Below are positions 10,501-19,945 of a DNA stretch of 64,000 nt, in pieces. Below the pieces are notes generated by a model. It did not search any database. It was not told where the DNA came from and was given only the letters and a program-made list of their open reading frames with translations. Location: the NCBI GenBank assembly GCA_964626665.1, contig CAZVGK010000013.1, positions 1 to 64,000 on the forward strand, given 5' to 3'. Origin of the DNA: an uncultured Gemmatimonadota bacterium (lineage in GTDB: Bacteria; SM23-81; DAOVCL01). Position 1 is the first letter of the stretch; each line of letters starts with the position of its first letter. The translations under genes were made by a program, and so were the position numbers.

Positions 10501-10873
10501 TTTCCACGGTGGTTTTGATGATTCTGAGCGCCTTCTGGGTGGCCCATTGGCGATTTTCATGAACCCATGAACATTGTTCACGGATATTGGCGTTCTCGAA
10601 AAGGTAAGGATTTAGACCTGCTGAGGCTACCGTTCTTCTAAATGTTGTCTCGTGAAGGGTGGGCGAGCAAGCGGCAACTATTACCCCACTTAGATTCTTC
10701 TCCTTTATTCTCTCCTTAATGAGGTTCTGACCAGGATCTGAACACATATAAATATAATCTTCAACATGAATGACCCCTGGATAGTCCCTGATCTCTTCGA
10801 CTACCTTCTGGACATCTACAGTTGCCGAGATGTTTATTCCACAATGGCATACGAACACACCTATTCTATCCAC
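7532..10873 (-). CDS. hdrA: Large HdrA-like flavoprotein with an inserted GltD-like NAD(P)-binding module (HdrL-like)
   Basis: HdrA N-terminus (IGVFVCHCG, ANIREQCSWVH, TFPTLDCSQC); inserted CGRVCTHPCE/GAGPSG/GGGNSA module; HdrA C-terminus with ferredoxin motifs. Confidence 0.88.
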   Translation of the reverse strand: MDRIGVFVCHCGINISATVDVQKVVEEIRDYPGVIHVEDYIYMCSDPGQNLIKERIKEKNLSGVIVAACSPTLHETTFRRTVASAGLNPYLFENANIREQCSWVHENRQWATQKALRIIKTTVEKLRLDEALIPIKTPITRRALVIGGGIAGIQASLDIADAGYETILVEREPSIGGHMAQLSETFPTLDCSQCILTPKMVDVGHHEKIRLYTYSEVEEVSGYVGNFKVKIRKKAPFVDWDKCTGCDDCTEPCPVDIRSQFDVGLIPRKAIYRPFPQAIPNKFTISKFGLPPCRLACPAGVNVPGYINLIKLGKYKEALALEREANPFPAVCGRVCTHPCEGECARGQVDEPLSIRALKRFIADKETERETPQLPPQKESKVAIIGAGPSGLSCASELAKKGYRTTVFEALPVAGGMMRVGIPAFRLPREELQRDIDYIKGWGVEIRTNTPVQDPEGLRREGWNAVYIATGAPIERKLGVEGEDLAGVHYGIEFLRRINLGEKVEVGARVAIIGGGNSAVDAARTALRLGAKKVTIIYRRSRVEMPAIEEEIERAEKEGVKIEYLANPKRIIGEGGKVSKMECIRMKLGAPDASGRRSPHPIQGSEFTIGIDTVIPTIGQTPDASYLPKGTNLRLTEGWNSLVVEEGTLQTTVPGIFAGGDAVTGPATVIEAIAQGKRAAVSIDRYIQGVDLQEGRGKVVKKVDPRSIWTKGIPQQKREEGRFLEVSESLKGFAEVELGLTEEQAKKEAERCLNCGGCAECLECVQACKAEAINHGQEDEILEEEVGAIVVATGYELYPVEKMTEYGGGEYKDVINGLQFERLLSASGPTQGEVKRPSDGQVPKRVAFVACSGSRDPKHHLPYCSKICCMYTAKHALLYKHHVPDGEAVVFYIDTRAAGKDYEEFLMRAREEGKVLYIRGKPSRILKDGDDLVVWSVNTLTGEEIQVKVDLVVLSMAIVPSSGVVELARKLKIQTNPYGFLSEAHPKLRPVESLVPGIFFAGCAQAQKDIPDSVTQGSAAASKVLDIFSQEELQHEPIVTTVDEDICSGCELCISVCPYGAREIRVKGGKRVATVNEALCEGCGACVAVCPSGAAQQRNLNDLQLSKMVEAAF

Positions 10874-10877
10874 TACC

Positions 10878-11852
10878 TCACCCTTTCAGTTCCGTAACCT
10901 TATTCTTAAGCAGAGGGACGACTTTAAACAGATCTTCTACTATCCCATAATCTGCCACATTGAATATGGGTGCATTTGGATCCTTGTTAATGGCCACTAT
11001 CGTATCGGCGTTCTTCATCCCCATAATGTGTTGAAAGGACCCTGATATGCCCACAGCCAAATACAATTTAGGCTTCACCGTCTTCCCTGAACTGCCCACT
11101 TGCCTATCCTTGGGCAACCACCCCTCATCGACGATGGGTCTGGAGCAGGCAAGAACCCCCCCCAGGCTGTCGGCCAGCCCTTGGAGAAGGGATATATTCT
11201 CCTTCTCCTTGATCCCCCTGCCCACAGCGACGATGACATCGGCCTGGGTTATATCGACCTCCCCCACCGCGGCCTCAATGTATTCGATAAACCTCCTGTA
11301 GGCAGGTTCCTCCTTTAGTGGCGAGGGAATCTCCACGATCTTGGCGGAGAGGTCCCCCTTCTGGGGAGGAAAGGAGCCCTGTCTTACGGTAATGAGTACC
11401 TCAGGGCTTTCTGCAAAGGAGACCCGGGCATTGAGTTTGCCGTTATAGGGCTGCCTTGTGGTGATTAGTCGGTGGTCCTCCAGAGCGATCTCCACGCAGT
11501 CCGTAGCAATGGGGATGTCCAGGGAAGCGGCGAGCGATGGCGCCAGATCCATGCCCAGTGCCGTATGTCCAATAAGGGTCAAGTAAGGTCTTTGTTCCTG
11601 CAATATGTGGGAGAGAACAATCTGATAGGCCTCCGCATTGGGCTCTGCAAGTAACTTGCTATCCACGGAAAGCACCTGATGGGACTCCTTCTTTATCCTC
11701 TCCGCAATTTCCCCTACGTTGTGCCCCAGAAGCAGAGCAACCAGTTCGGCATCCAGCCCCTGAGCCAACTCTCTGCCCTTGGTGAACAGCTCAAAGGTAA
11801 CATCTTGGATCTGGCCCTTTCTATGTTCCACAAGGGCAAATATTTTGCTCAT
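10878..11852 (-). CDS. etfA: Electron transfer flavoprotein alpha subunit
   Basis: SRPIVDEGWLPKDRQVGSSGKTVKPKLYLAVGISG; start at 11852 after GGAGG. Confidence 0.95.
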   Translation of the reverse strand: MSKIFALVEHRKGQIQDVTFELFTKGRELAQGLDAELVALLLGHNVGEIAERIKKESHQVLSVDSKLLAEPNAEAYQIVLSHILQEQRPYLTLIGHTALGMDLAPSLAASLDIPIATDCVEIALEDHRLITTRQPYNGKLNARVSFAESPEVLITVRQGSFPPQKGDLSAKIVEIPSPLKEEPAYRRFIEYIEAAVGEVDITQADVIVAVGRGIKEKENISLLQGLADSLGGVLACSRPIVDEGWLPKDRQVGSSGKTVKPKLYLAVGISGSFQHIMGMKNADTIVAINKDPNAPIFNVADYGIVEDLFKVVPLLKNKVTELKG

Positions 11853-11864
11853 TTTTCCTCCCAT

Positions 11865-12211
11865 GTTGAGTTTGTTGAGTCACTTGAGTCCATTGGGTTG
11901 GTTGAGTTATTACTCCGGCCACATTATAGTTTACACATTGCTATTTCAAGTGTCATTGCGAGGAGCACTTCGCTATTGCTCAGCACAGGCTCCGCGACGA
12001 AGCAATCCCGTAGTCTCAACAAGTATTCGGTGTTTTCAGATTGCTTCGCTGCGCTCGCCCCGTTAGATATCGATGAGATCTTAGAGATCTCAGGAGAATC
12101 TGACATTGAGAGAGATTATTATCTAACGGGGCTCGCAATGACATGCAATCTACTTTACGCTCCCAGTAGTAACTCTACGAACTCAATAAACTGAGTTAAC
12201 TCTATGAACTT
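11865..12211. repeat. Inverted TTGAG(T)/AACTC tandem arrays between etfB and etfA, enclosing a MITE
   Basis: Left arm TTGAGTTTGTTGAGTCACTTGAGTCC (11865-11908); right arm AACTCTACGAACTCAATAAACTGAG (12171-12211). Confidence 0.75.
11907..12172. mobile_element. About 265-bp nested MITE/REP element, copy 1
   Basis: Near-identical to 14443-14704; TTACT...AGTAA ends; GTCATTGCGAG...CTCGCAATGAC palindrome; inner CCCCGTTAGA...TCTAACGGGG insert. Confidence 0.8.
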
Positions 12212-12212
12212 C

Positions 12213-12986
12213 TTACAGTATCCCCTTCCCTTTGCAAATTTGGGCAAGCTTTGCTGAGGTCTCATCTGCACTTCCCTCCAAGACTTCCGCCCTCTTCCCC
12301 ACCGGTGGCGGGGATAAGCTTTCCAATATCGTCCTTACGGTTGGTTCTTCCATTTCAATCTCCTGGGCATTGAGCACCTTAATCTCCTTTGCTGCTGCCC
12401 TTCTTATGGCGATGAGAGATGCATATCTTGGTTCATTTATCCCGGTTTGGACGGCGAAGAGAGCAGGAAGCCTGATATCGAGCGCTTCCAGCAATCCTCC
12501 TTCAAGCTCTCTTTGGATAATTGCTCTTCCCTCTTCCACATCGATCTTGGTAACCAGGACAGCATGGGGTATATCAAGAAGCTCCGCCAGGGTGGGCCCC
12601 ACTTGAGAATATCCATCATCTGTGGCTATACAGCCGGTAAGGACAAGGTCAAATTTTACATCCTTTATGGCGTTCTTCAGTATTTGAGCAGTGGCAAATC
12701 CATCAAGTTCCTCGAATTTCTCGTCGGTTAGCCTGATGGCCTGGTCCGCTCCCTTGGCCAGCCCCATCCTGAGGGTATCTTCACAGTCAGGAGGGCCGAG
12801 GGAAACGAGGGTAACTGTCCCCCCCCATTTCTCCTTTTGGAGAATAGCCTCCTCGAGGGCGTAATTATCGGATTCATTTATATCAAAGGTTAACCTCTCC
12901 TTTTCTATGGCTTTCCCCGAGCCGTCTATCTTAATTTCTGCTTCGGCTGTTTCTGGGACCCTTTTTAAGCAAACAACTATATCCAT
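12213..12986 (-). CDS. etfB: Electron transfer flavoprotein beta subunit
   Basis: MDIVVCLKRVP, DNYALEEA, GADQAIRL, INEPRY. Confidence 0.95.
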   Translation of the reverse strand: MDIVVCLKRVPETAEAEIKIDGSGKAIEKERLTFDINESDNYALEEAILQKEKWGGTVTLVSLGPPDCEDTLRMGLAKGADQAIRLTDEKFEELDGFATAQILKNAIKDVKFDLVLTGCIATDDGYSQVGPTLAELLDIPHAVLVTKIDVEEGRAIIQRELEGGLLEALDIRLPALFAVQTGINEPRYASLIAIRRAAAKEIKVLNAQEIEMEEPTVRTILESLSPPPVGKRAEVLEGSADETSAKLAQICKGKGIL

Positions 12987-13114
12987 TACCCCTCCTCTTT
13001 AACTGAACTTAGCCTAAACTGCGAGGCTTTTCAGACAGGATTTTCGTACTGGTAGGTTCCTACCCAACCAGAATCTCCCTGGGACTCCGATAAACTCGCA
13101 GACCCTCCAAAATG

Positions 13115-13187
13115 GTAGCCGCAACCTTTAGGTTGCGACAAAACGCAGACTGAAGTCTGTGGCTACTGGGGATTTTGACTCAGCAAC
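13115..13187. repeat. GTAG-type REP palindrome
   Basis: GTAGCCGCAACCTTTAGGTTGCG...CGCAGACTGAAGTCTGTGGCTAC. Confidence 0.7.
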
Positions 13188-13246
13188 ATTGAGTCCTCTT
13201 TTGTAATCCTATAATATCAAGTTGACATTTCAGAATTGATAATTGT

Positions 13247-14389
13247 TTACTTCAAAAGGGATCTGGCAATCACTATCTTCTGTATCTCCGTGGTGCCCTC
13301 ATAGAGTTCCATTATCTTGGCATCCCGGTAAAAGCGTTCCACGGGATAGTCCTTAGTGTAGCCATATCCCCCATAAATCTGAACGGCCTTCTTGGTCGCA
13401 TTTACCGCGGCTTCAGATGCCAACCACTTTCCCATGGCAGCCTCTTTGGAAAATCTGGGCATTCCCTTATCTTTGCAGAAGGCAGCATAGTAAACAAGCA
13501 GCCTCGCTGCCTGGATCTGCGTGGCCATCTCCGCAATCATTGACTGAATCATCTCGAATTCGGACAAGGTCTTCCCAAATGCCTTTCTCTCTTTGGCATA
13601 ACTAATAGTGGCATCTAAAGCCCCCTGTGCCAAGCCTACTGCCTGAGCTCCAATGTCAATCCTGGATACATCCAGGGTATGCATACAGATCTTGAACCCC
13701 TGTCCTTCTTCACCTAACAAGTTTTCCTTGGGGATGTTAACATCTTCAAATATCAACTCACAGTTGGCAGTGGCCCTGATGCCCATCAAATCCTCATGCT
13801 TCCCCAGAGAGAAGCCAGGGGTATCCCTTTCCACCACAAATGCGGATATGCCATGATGCTTTAGATCCTTGTTAGTATAAGCAAATACCACGTAGATATC
13901 CGCTTCACCTCCATTGGTGATAAACCTTTTTGTCCCATTGAGCACATAGTAATCGCCTTCGGGTTTTGCGGTGGTTTCCATTGAGGCAACATCAGAGCCG
14001 GCATTTGGTTCGGTAATGGCAATGGCCCCCAATTTTTGGCCACTGGCCAACAGAGGCAACCACTTCTTCCTCTGTGATTCGTTCCCAAAGTGATATATGG
14101 GATAGGCAACAAGGGAGTTGTTTACAGCCACAATCACCCCTGTGGTGGCACAGACCCGGGAGATCTCCTCAATGGCAATGGCCAGTGAGATGAAGTCAAA
14201 TCCCGCCCCCCCATACTTCTCAGGAACTATTACCCCTAAAAGCCCCTGTTTAGCGAGCTTTTTGATGTTATCCCAGGGGAATTCGCGGGACTTATCGATC
14301 TCTGGAGCTACCGGCTCCAGTTCCTTGGTGGCAATCTCGCGCACCATCTTCTGCAGCATCTTCTGATCAGTCGTCAAGTCAAAATCCAT
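13247..14389 (-). CDS. Acyl-CoA dehydrogenase (short/branched chain)
   Basis: TEPNAGSD, GTKRFITNG, GGYGYTKDYPVERFYRDAKIMELYEGT. Confidence 0.95.
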   Translation of the reverse strand: MDFDLTTDQKMLQKMVREIATKELEPVAPEIDKSREFPWDNIKKLAKQGLLGVIVPEKYGGAGFDFISLAIAIEEISRVCATTGVIVAVNNSLVAYPIYHFGNESQRKKWLPLLASGQKLGAIAITEPNAGSDVASMETTAKPEGDYYVLNGTKRFITNGGEADIYVVFAYTNKDLKHHGISAFVVERDTPGFSLGKHEDLMGIRATANCELIFEDVNIPKENLLGEEGQGFKICMHTLDVSRIDIGAQAVGLAQGALDATISYAKERKAFGKTLSEFEMIQSMIAEMATQIQAARLLVYYAAFCKDKGMPRFSKEAAMGKWLASEAAVNATKKAVQIYGGYGYTKDYPVERFYRDAKIMELYEGTTEIQKIVIARSLLK

Positions 14390-14442
14390 AATTTCCTCCT
14401 TCCGTTGAATCAAGAATTAAAAAGCGAATTATGTTTTAATCA

Positions 14443-14704
14443 TATTACTCAGGGCACATTATAGTTTACACATTGGTGTTTCAATTGTCATTGCGAGGAG
14501 CACTTCGCTATTGCTCAGCACAAGCTCCGCGACGAACAATCTCATAGTCTAAACCCCCATTCAGAGGTTTGGATTGCTTCGCTGCGCTGGCCCCGTTAGA
14601 TATCGATGAGATCTTAGAGATCTCAGGAGAATCTGACATTGAGAGAGATTATTATCTAACGGGGCTGGCAATGACATGTAATCTATTTAGTGACCGAGTA
14701 GTAA
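14443..14704. mobile_element. About 262-bp nested MITE/REP element, copy 2
   Basis: Direct repeat of 11907-12172. Confidence 0.8.
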
Positions 14705-14790
14705 TTTCACCGTAACCCAAACGGGGAGGGAATTGCGGTGCAACAGGTCGGTGAAATCCTACGAAGGAGACCAATAATGGATGCCTGGGG

Positions 14791-15915
14791 TTATCGCCCC
14801 AAGATTTGTCTGGCAATCACTATCCGTTGGATCTCGGAAGTCCCTTCTCCAATCTCCATTAGTTTTTCATCCCGCATATACCTTTCTACAGGATATTTAC
14901 TGGTGAGCCCCTGTTCCCCGTGTAGTTCTACTGCCTTGGAGCAGACCCACATTCCAATCTCAGAGGCATAGAGCTTGGCCATAGCGGCCTTTTTGGTAAG
15001 AGGCAAACCTCGATCCTTTAAAACTGCAGCATCGTAGATCAACCCCCGTGCGGCCTCAATGTAGGTGCCCATATCAGCTATGAGCCCTTGGATTAGTTGG
15101 GATCTCCTTAAGCTCTCGTGTTCTCGCACATAATTGATGGAGGCATCAAGAGCTCCCTGGGCGATCCCCAGGGCCAAGGCACCGATGGATATCCTCCCCC
15201 CATCGAGGGTCTGCATAAACAGCTTGAATCCATCGCCACTGGCCCCCAGCCTGTTCTCCTGGGGTATGACGCAATCCTCGAAGACGAGCTCGGATGTATG
15301 GGTGCCCTTCAGCCCAAGTTTGTTCTCATCCCGACCAGGGGAGAACCCGGGGGTTCCCTTCTTCACAACAAATGCAGAGATGCCATGATGTTTTTTGGAG
15401 GGATCCTCTGTGGCCACAAAGGGGACTATCTCCCCTATATAACCCGAAGTTATAAACCTTTTAGTCCCATTGATCACATATTTGCCGTCAACGAGTTTGG
15501 CCGTAGTCTTGGTGGCCGCAGCATCGGAGCCGGCGTCTGGCTCCGTCAATCCAAAAGCGCCTGCTTTTTCTCCTCGGGCAAGCGGAATAAGCCACTTCCT
15601 TTTTTGCTCCTCGTTTCCCGCCAGGTATATTGGATAGCAGGTAAGCGATGTATGGGCAGCCAGCACTATCCCATTGGAGCCACATACCCTCCCTACCTCC
15701 TCCACTGCTATGGCATAAGAGAGCGTGTCCAGGCCTGCCCCACCATATTTTTGGGGTATGGGGATGCCTAATAGGCCCAACTCTCCCATCCTATGGAAGA
15801 GTTCCCAGGAGAATTTAGCCTCTTTGTCCAACTCCTTGGAGATTGGGGCCACTTCATTTTGCGCAAAGTCCCTCACCTTTTCCTGGAATTTCTGGTGTAT
15901 TTCGCTGAATATCAT
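14791..15915 (-). CDS. Acyl-CoA dehydrogenase
   Basis: LTEPDAGSD, VERYMRDEKLMEIGEGTSEIQR. Confidence 0.95.
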   Translation of the reverse strand: MIFSEIHQKFQEKVRDFAQNEVAPISKELDKEAKFSWELFHRMGELGLLGIPIPQKYGGAGLDTLSYAIAVEEVGRVCGSNGIVLAAHTSLTCYPIYLAGNEEQKRKWLIPLARGEKAGAFGLTEPDAGSDAAATKTTAKLVDGKYVINGTKRFITSGYIGEIVPFVATEDPSKKHHGISAFVVKKGTPGFSPGRDENKLGLKGTHTSELVFEDCVIPQENRLGASGDGFKLFMQTLDGGRISIGALALGIAQGALDASINYVREHESLRRSQLIQGLIADMGTYIEAARGLIYDAAVLKDRGLPLTKKAAMAKLYASEIGMWVCSKAVELHGEQGLTSKYPVERYMRDEKLMEIGEGTSEIQRIVIARQILGR

Positions 15916-16055
15916 AGGATTGCCTCAGGTTGTGCCTCAAACACCGAAAATCACTGAAATGATAAGGAATCCAAAGGACTCCACTTAAAACAAGGGGGCA
16001 TTTTTAAATTCATAGTTATTTCAGTAGTTTCAGTGTTATCCCACACTATTTTAGT

Positions 16056-17177
16056 TTATCTCTCCAGCAAAGCCTTTGCTATTTTAACCTTCTGTCTAAT
16101 TGCAGAACCAAGCCAGATCTGGGCAAACTTGGCATCCCGAAAATACCTCTCCACGGGATAGTCCTTTGTATAGCCATATCCTCCATGAACCTGAATGGCG
16201 TTGGTGCCAGCAAAGACGGCAGCATCTGTGGCCAAGAGTTTGGTCAAAGATGCCTCTGTGGTGCAGCTATTTTGGGCAGCACATTTATTGGCCGTATTAT
16301 AAACGAACAGCCTGGAGGAAGAGAGCCTTATCTCCATCTCCACAAGCATATTTTGCACAAGCTCGAACTCACATATGGGACGACCAAATTGGTGACGCTC
16401 CTTCGCGTAGTGGATGGACTCCTCCAGGGCTGCCTCTCCAATTCCTACCGCCTGGGCCCCTATCCCTATATAGACCAGGTCAAGCGCCCCTTTGCTAATT
16501 TGCTGGCCCTCGCCCTCTTTACCCAAGATGCTCTCCTTGCCGACCTTAACCTCTGCAAGCTCCAAGTCGCCTATCCCGGAGGCTTTCCCCCCTAAGGTAT
16601 CCTCCCTCTTGGTAACCTTGAGGCCAGGGCTTCCCCTCTCTATGAGGAAGGCAGTGGGGCCCTGGGGGGTAGAGGCCAGGACGATAAAGAGGCCGGCGGC
16701 CTCCGCATTGACGATGAAGTTCTTCCCTCCCGAGATGATATATTCATCCCCTACCCTCTCCGCCTTGGTGGCCAGCTCTGCGAGATCGGTATCCACCGCC
16801 CCTTCAGATAAGGCAAATGCCCCGATAATTTGGCCCTTGGCCAGTGGGGCCAACCAGTGGTTCTTTTGAGCCTCTCCCCCATACCGGAGAATAGGGTAAG
16901 CAACCAGCGCATTGTTGGCGATGAGGATAGTCCCCACTGAGCCACAAACCCTGGAAAGCTCCTCGATAATTAAACAGTAACTCACCGTATCCAGGTTGGC
17001 CCCTTCATATTTGTCGGGGACAATTATCCCTAAGAAGCCCAGTTCGGAAAGCTTTTCAATCACTTGGTAGGGGAAGGAGGCCCCCTCATCTATCTCCGCG
17101 GCTACTGGCTGTAGTTCGGTGGAGGCAAACTTGTGGACCATCTCCTGGATAAGCCTTTGTTCAGGTGTTAAGTCCAT
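16056..17177 (-). CDS. Acyl-CoA dehydrogenase-like protein, divergent
   Basis: ACAD motifs present but with LSEGAVDTD and AQIWLGS in place of EPxAGSD and IYEGT. Confidence 0.85.
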   Translation of the reverse strand: MDLTPEQRLIQEMVHKFASTELQPVAAEIDEGASFPYQVIEKLSELGFLGIIVPDKYEGANLDTVSYCLIIEELSRVCGSVGTILIANNALVAYPILRYGGEAQKNHWLAPLAKGQIIGAFALSEGAVDTDLAELATKAERVGDEYIISGGKNFIVNAEAAGLFIVLASTPQGPTAFLIERGSPGLKVTKREDTLGGKASGIGDLELAEVKVGKESILGKEGEGQQISKGALDLVYIGIGAQAVGIGEAALEESIHYAKERHQFGRPICEFELVQNMLVEMEIRLSSSRLFVYNTANKCAAQNSCTTEASLTKLLATDAAVFAGTNAIQVHGGYGYTKDYPVERYFRDAKFAQIWLGSAIRQKVKIAKALLER

Positions 17178-17565
17178 TGAAGATCCTATCTTGAAGTGTT
17201 TTCTAAGGTCATCGTCAGTTTATTCACCTTGCAGGTTTTCCGAGGAAAGGGCCAATGTCGTTAAAACCGGATTATGCATTATGAAACCACAAGGTTTCAC
17301 CAGATTGTCACAAGCCATAGAAAATAACAAACTCACAAAAATTGAGTTTGAACTTCTCTTTCACCTAAAAGGTGAAAACCTATATTAGCGAAAACTCTTG
17401 TTTAATCTGTGCTCATCTGTGGTTTATGCAATTTTGGTTTAATCCCCCCAGCTTCCTGCGGTGGGAGGGAGCCCCAGAATGATTCCCTCAAACCCCTGAG
17501 ACAACCCATTTTCTTGACAAATTTTAAGAACTTCCTCTATGAGCACTTTGAGCATAATTTCACAT

Positions 17566-17594
17566 ATTATAGCTTCTACACAGGGGAGTGTCAA
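17566..17594 (-). promoter_or_regulatory. Sigma70 promoter of the leftward acd-etf-hdr operon
   Basis: Perfect TTGACA-17 bp-TATAAT on the minus strand. Confidence 0.75.
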
Positions 17595-17667
17595 GCTTTT
17601 TATGGTTTAGCCAATAACATTTTTTTGCCTGGGGCCCCCACTCCCCAAACTTTGTTTATATTATGGC

Positions 17668-17695
17668 TTGACTTTTCCAATTTTGCGTATAAAAT
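17668..17695 (+). promoter_or_regulatory. Putative divergent promoter for the mutase operon
   Basis: TTGACT-16 bp-TAAAAT. Confidence 0.45.
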
Positions 17696-17885
17696 ATAAT
17701 AGCAGAAAAGGAGGGCTTCTGGAGGTCGCTGCGCGCCCACGCAGAGGGTGATAAATGAGGTAAGGAGATAGATTTGTTCGCTTCTTTGTTCTTTACCCCT
17801 CTCCCCTTATTATTCCTTTGGGGGGATGCCTGAACCCTGCCCCCCTTAACCTGGATAAAAAATGTAACCCATTGGTGAGAAGAAG

Positions 17886-19532
17886 ATGAAAGAGATAAAG
17901 ATTACCAAGGACAAATGGAAGAAAAGTATAACTAAAAGTAAGGAAAGGGATTATCGGTTTGAGTCCGTCTCCGGCGAACCAGTGGAAATCTTGTATACTC
18001 CTGAAGATATCGAGGGGCTGAATTACCTAAAGGACCTGGGGTTCCCCGGGGAATTTCCCTTCACCCGGGGCGTCTATCCCAATATGTATCGGGGTAGGCT
18101 GTGGACTATGCGCCAATTCTCCGGGTTCGGCACCCCCGAGGATACAAACAAAAGGTATAAATACCTTCTGAAGCAAGGGCAGACTGGCCTCTCGGTTGCC
18201 TTTGATTTTCCAACTTTGTATGGGCGGGATTCAAATGACCCCTTCTCCTTGGGGGAGGTGGGACGGTGTGGGGTGGCGGTGGATACCTTGCGAGATATGG
18301 AGATAATATTCGATGGGATTCCCCTGGAGAGCATCTCCACCTCGATGACCATAAATCCTCCGGCGGCGATGCTGTTGGCTATGTATATAGCGGTTGGCGA
18401 AAAACAGGGGGTTCCCTCTGAGCAATTGACCGGAACCATCCAGAACGATATGCTCAAGGAGTATCAGGCCCAAAAGACCTGGATATACCCGCCAGAGCCC
18501 TCGATGCGCATCATTACGGACATACTTGGGTATTGCTCAGACCAGGTCCCTAAATGGAACACCATTTCCATCTCCGGCTACCATATAAGGGAGGCTGGGG
18601 CCACTGCCCTGCAAGAGCTTGCCTTTACCTTAGCAAATGGCTTTACCTATGTCGACTACGGGATAAAAGCTGGTGTCCCAGTGGACAAATTTGCCCCCCG
18701 GCTCTCCTTCTTTTTCAATTCACATCTCGATTTCTTTGAGGAGATAGCCAAATACAGGGCGGCCAGACGCATCTGGGCCAGGGAGATGAGGAATAGGTAT
18801 GGGGCGAAGGACCCCCGCTCCTGGCTAATGAGATTTCACACCCAGACTGCAGGCTGCACTTTGACGGCGCAGCAGCCGGAGAACAACATTGTGCGGGTGG
18901 CCTTCCAAGCATTGGCCGCAGTCTTAGGGGGGACGCAGAGCTTACATACCAATTCGATGGATGAGACCTATGCTTTGCCCGCGGAGAAGGCGGTGAAGAT
19001 TGCCCTGAGAACTCAGCAACTTCTCGCCTATGAGACCGGGGTGGCCAACACCATTGATCCACTGGGGGGCTCATATTATGTGGAGACGTTAACCAACAAA
19101 CTTGAAGAGCAAGCCTACCAATACTTTGAGAAAATCAAATCCTTTGGTGGAGTGATCCCGGCCATAGAGGCTGGTTTCTTTCAGCGGGAGATAGCTGAAT
19201 CAGCCTATCGTTATCAGAGGGAGGTAGAGAAAAGGCAGAAGATTGTGGTGGGGGTAAACGAATTTATAGAAGAGGAGCAACCAAAGATGGAGTTGCTTAA
19301 GATTCAACCTGAGGTAGAGAAGCATCAGGTTGAACGGTTGAATCAAGTGCGGAGGGAGAGAAACAACCAAAGGGTGAAGGAAAGGTTGAGGGAGCTGCGC
19401 AGCGCAGCTCATAATGGGGATAATTTAATGCCTAAAATACTCAATGCGGTGAGGGTTTATGCCACCCTCGGTGAAATGTGTAATGTCTTGAAGGAGGAAT
19501 TCGGCGAGTATGAGGAGCCACTCATATTTTGA
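17886..19532 (+). CDS. B12-dependent acyl-CoA mutase large subunit, isobutyryl-CoA-mutase-type residues
   Basis: WTMRQFSGF (Phe) and [13 protein letters not shown] (Gln) at the MCM Tyr/Arg specificity positions. Confidence 0.9.
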   Translation: MKEIKITKDKWKKSITKSKERDYRFESVSGEPVEILYTPEDIEGLNYLKDLGFPGEFPFTRGVYPNMYRGRLWTMRQFSGFGTPEDTNKRYKYLLKQGQTGLSVAFDFPTLYGRDSNDPFSLGEVGRCGVAVDTLRDMEIIFDGIPLESISTSMTINPPAAMLLAMYIAVGEKQGVPSEQLTGTIQNDMLKEYQAQKTWIYPPEPSMRIITDILGYCSDQVPKWNTISISGYHIREAGATALQELAFTLANGFTYVDYGIKAGVPVDKFAPRLSFFFNSHLDFFEEIAKYRAARRIWAREMRNRYGAKDPRSWLMRFHTQTAGCTLTAQQPENNIVRVAFQALAAVLGGTQSLHTNSMDETYALPAEKAVKIALRTQQLLAYETGVANTIDPLGGSYYVETLTNKLEEQAYQYFEKIKSFGGVIPAIEAGFFQREIAESAYRYQREVEKRQKIVVGVNEFIEEEQPKMELLKIQPEVEKHQVERLNQVRRERNNQRVKERLRELRSAAHNGDNLMPKILNAVRVYATLGEMCNVLKEEFGEYEEPLIF

Positions 19533-19549
19533 TAGTTAAGGGGGTGATT

Positions 19550-19945
19550 ATGGCGGGAAAGATAAGGGTTCTGGTAGCCAAACCTGGCCTAGATGGCCAT
19601 GACAGGGGGGCAAAAGTGGTGGCCGCTGCCCTGCGGGATGCAGGCATGGAAGTGATCTACACTGGTTTACATCAAACACCCGAACAGATTGTGGAGGCGG
19701 CAATCCAGGAGGATGTGGATTTCATTGGGATATCAATCCTCTCCGGGGCCCATATGACCATATTCCCCAGGATCCTTAAGCTTTTGCAGGACAAGGGGGC
19801 AGGTCACATAATCGTCTCCGGCGGTGGTATAATCCCGCGGGAAGATATGGAGAAGCTGGAAAAAGTTGGCGTCAAGAAGCTCTTTGGCCCGGGGACCCCC
19901 ACATCTGAGATCGTGGAATGGGCGAGGGAGGTGATTAAGAAATGA
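19550..19945 (+). CDS. Cobalamin-binding small subunit of acyl-CoA mutase
   Basis: [12 protein letters not shown] (DxHxxG), SILSGAH, GGII. Confidence 0.95.
   Translation: MAGKIRVLVAKPGLDGHDRGAKVVAAALRDAGMEVIYTGLHQTPEQIVEAAIQEDVDFIGISILSGAHMTIFPRILKLLQDKGAGHIIVSGGGIIPREDMEKLEKVGVKKLFGPGTPTSEIVEWAREVIKK

Noticed and set aside
7532-10873. Selenocysteine in HdrA
   Set aside because: The ORF is uninterrupted and the TLDCSQC motif uses Cys.
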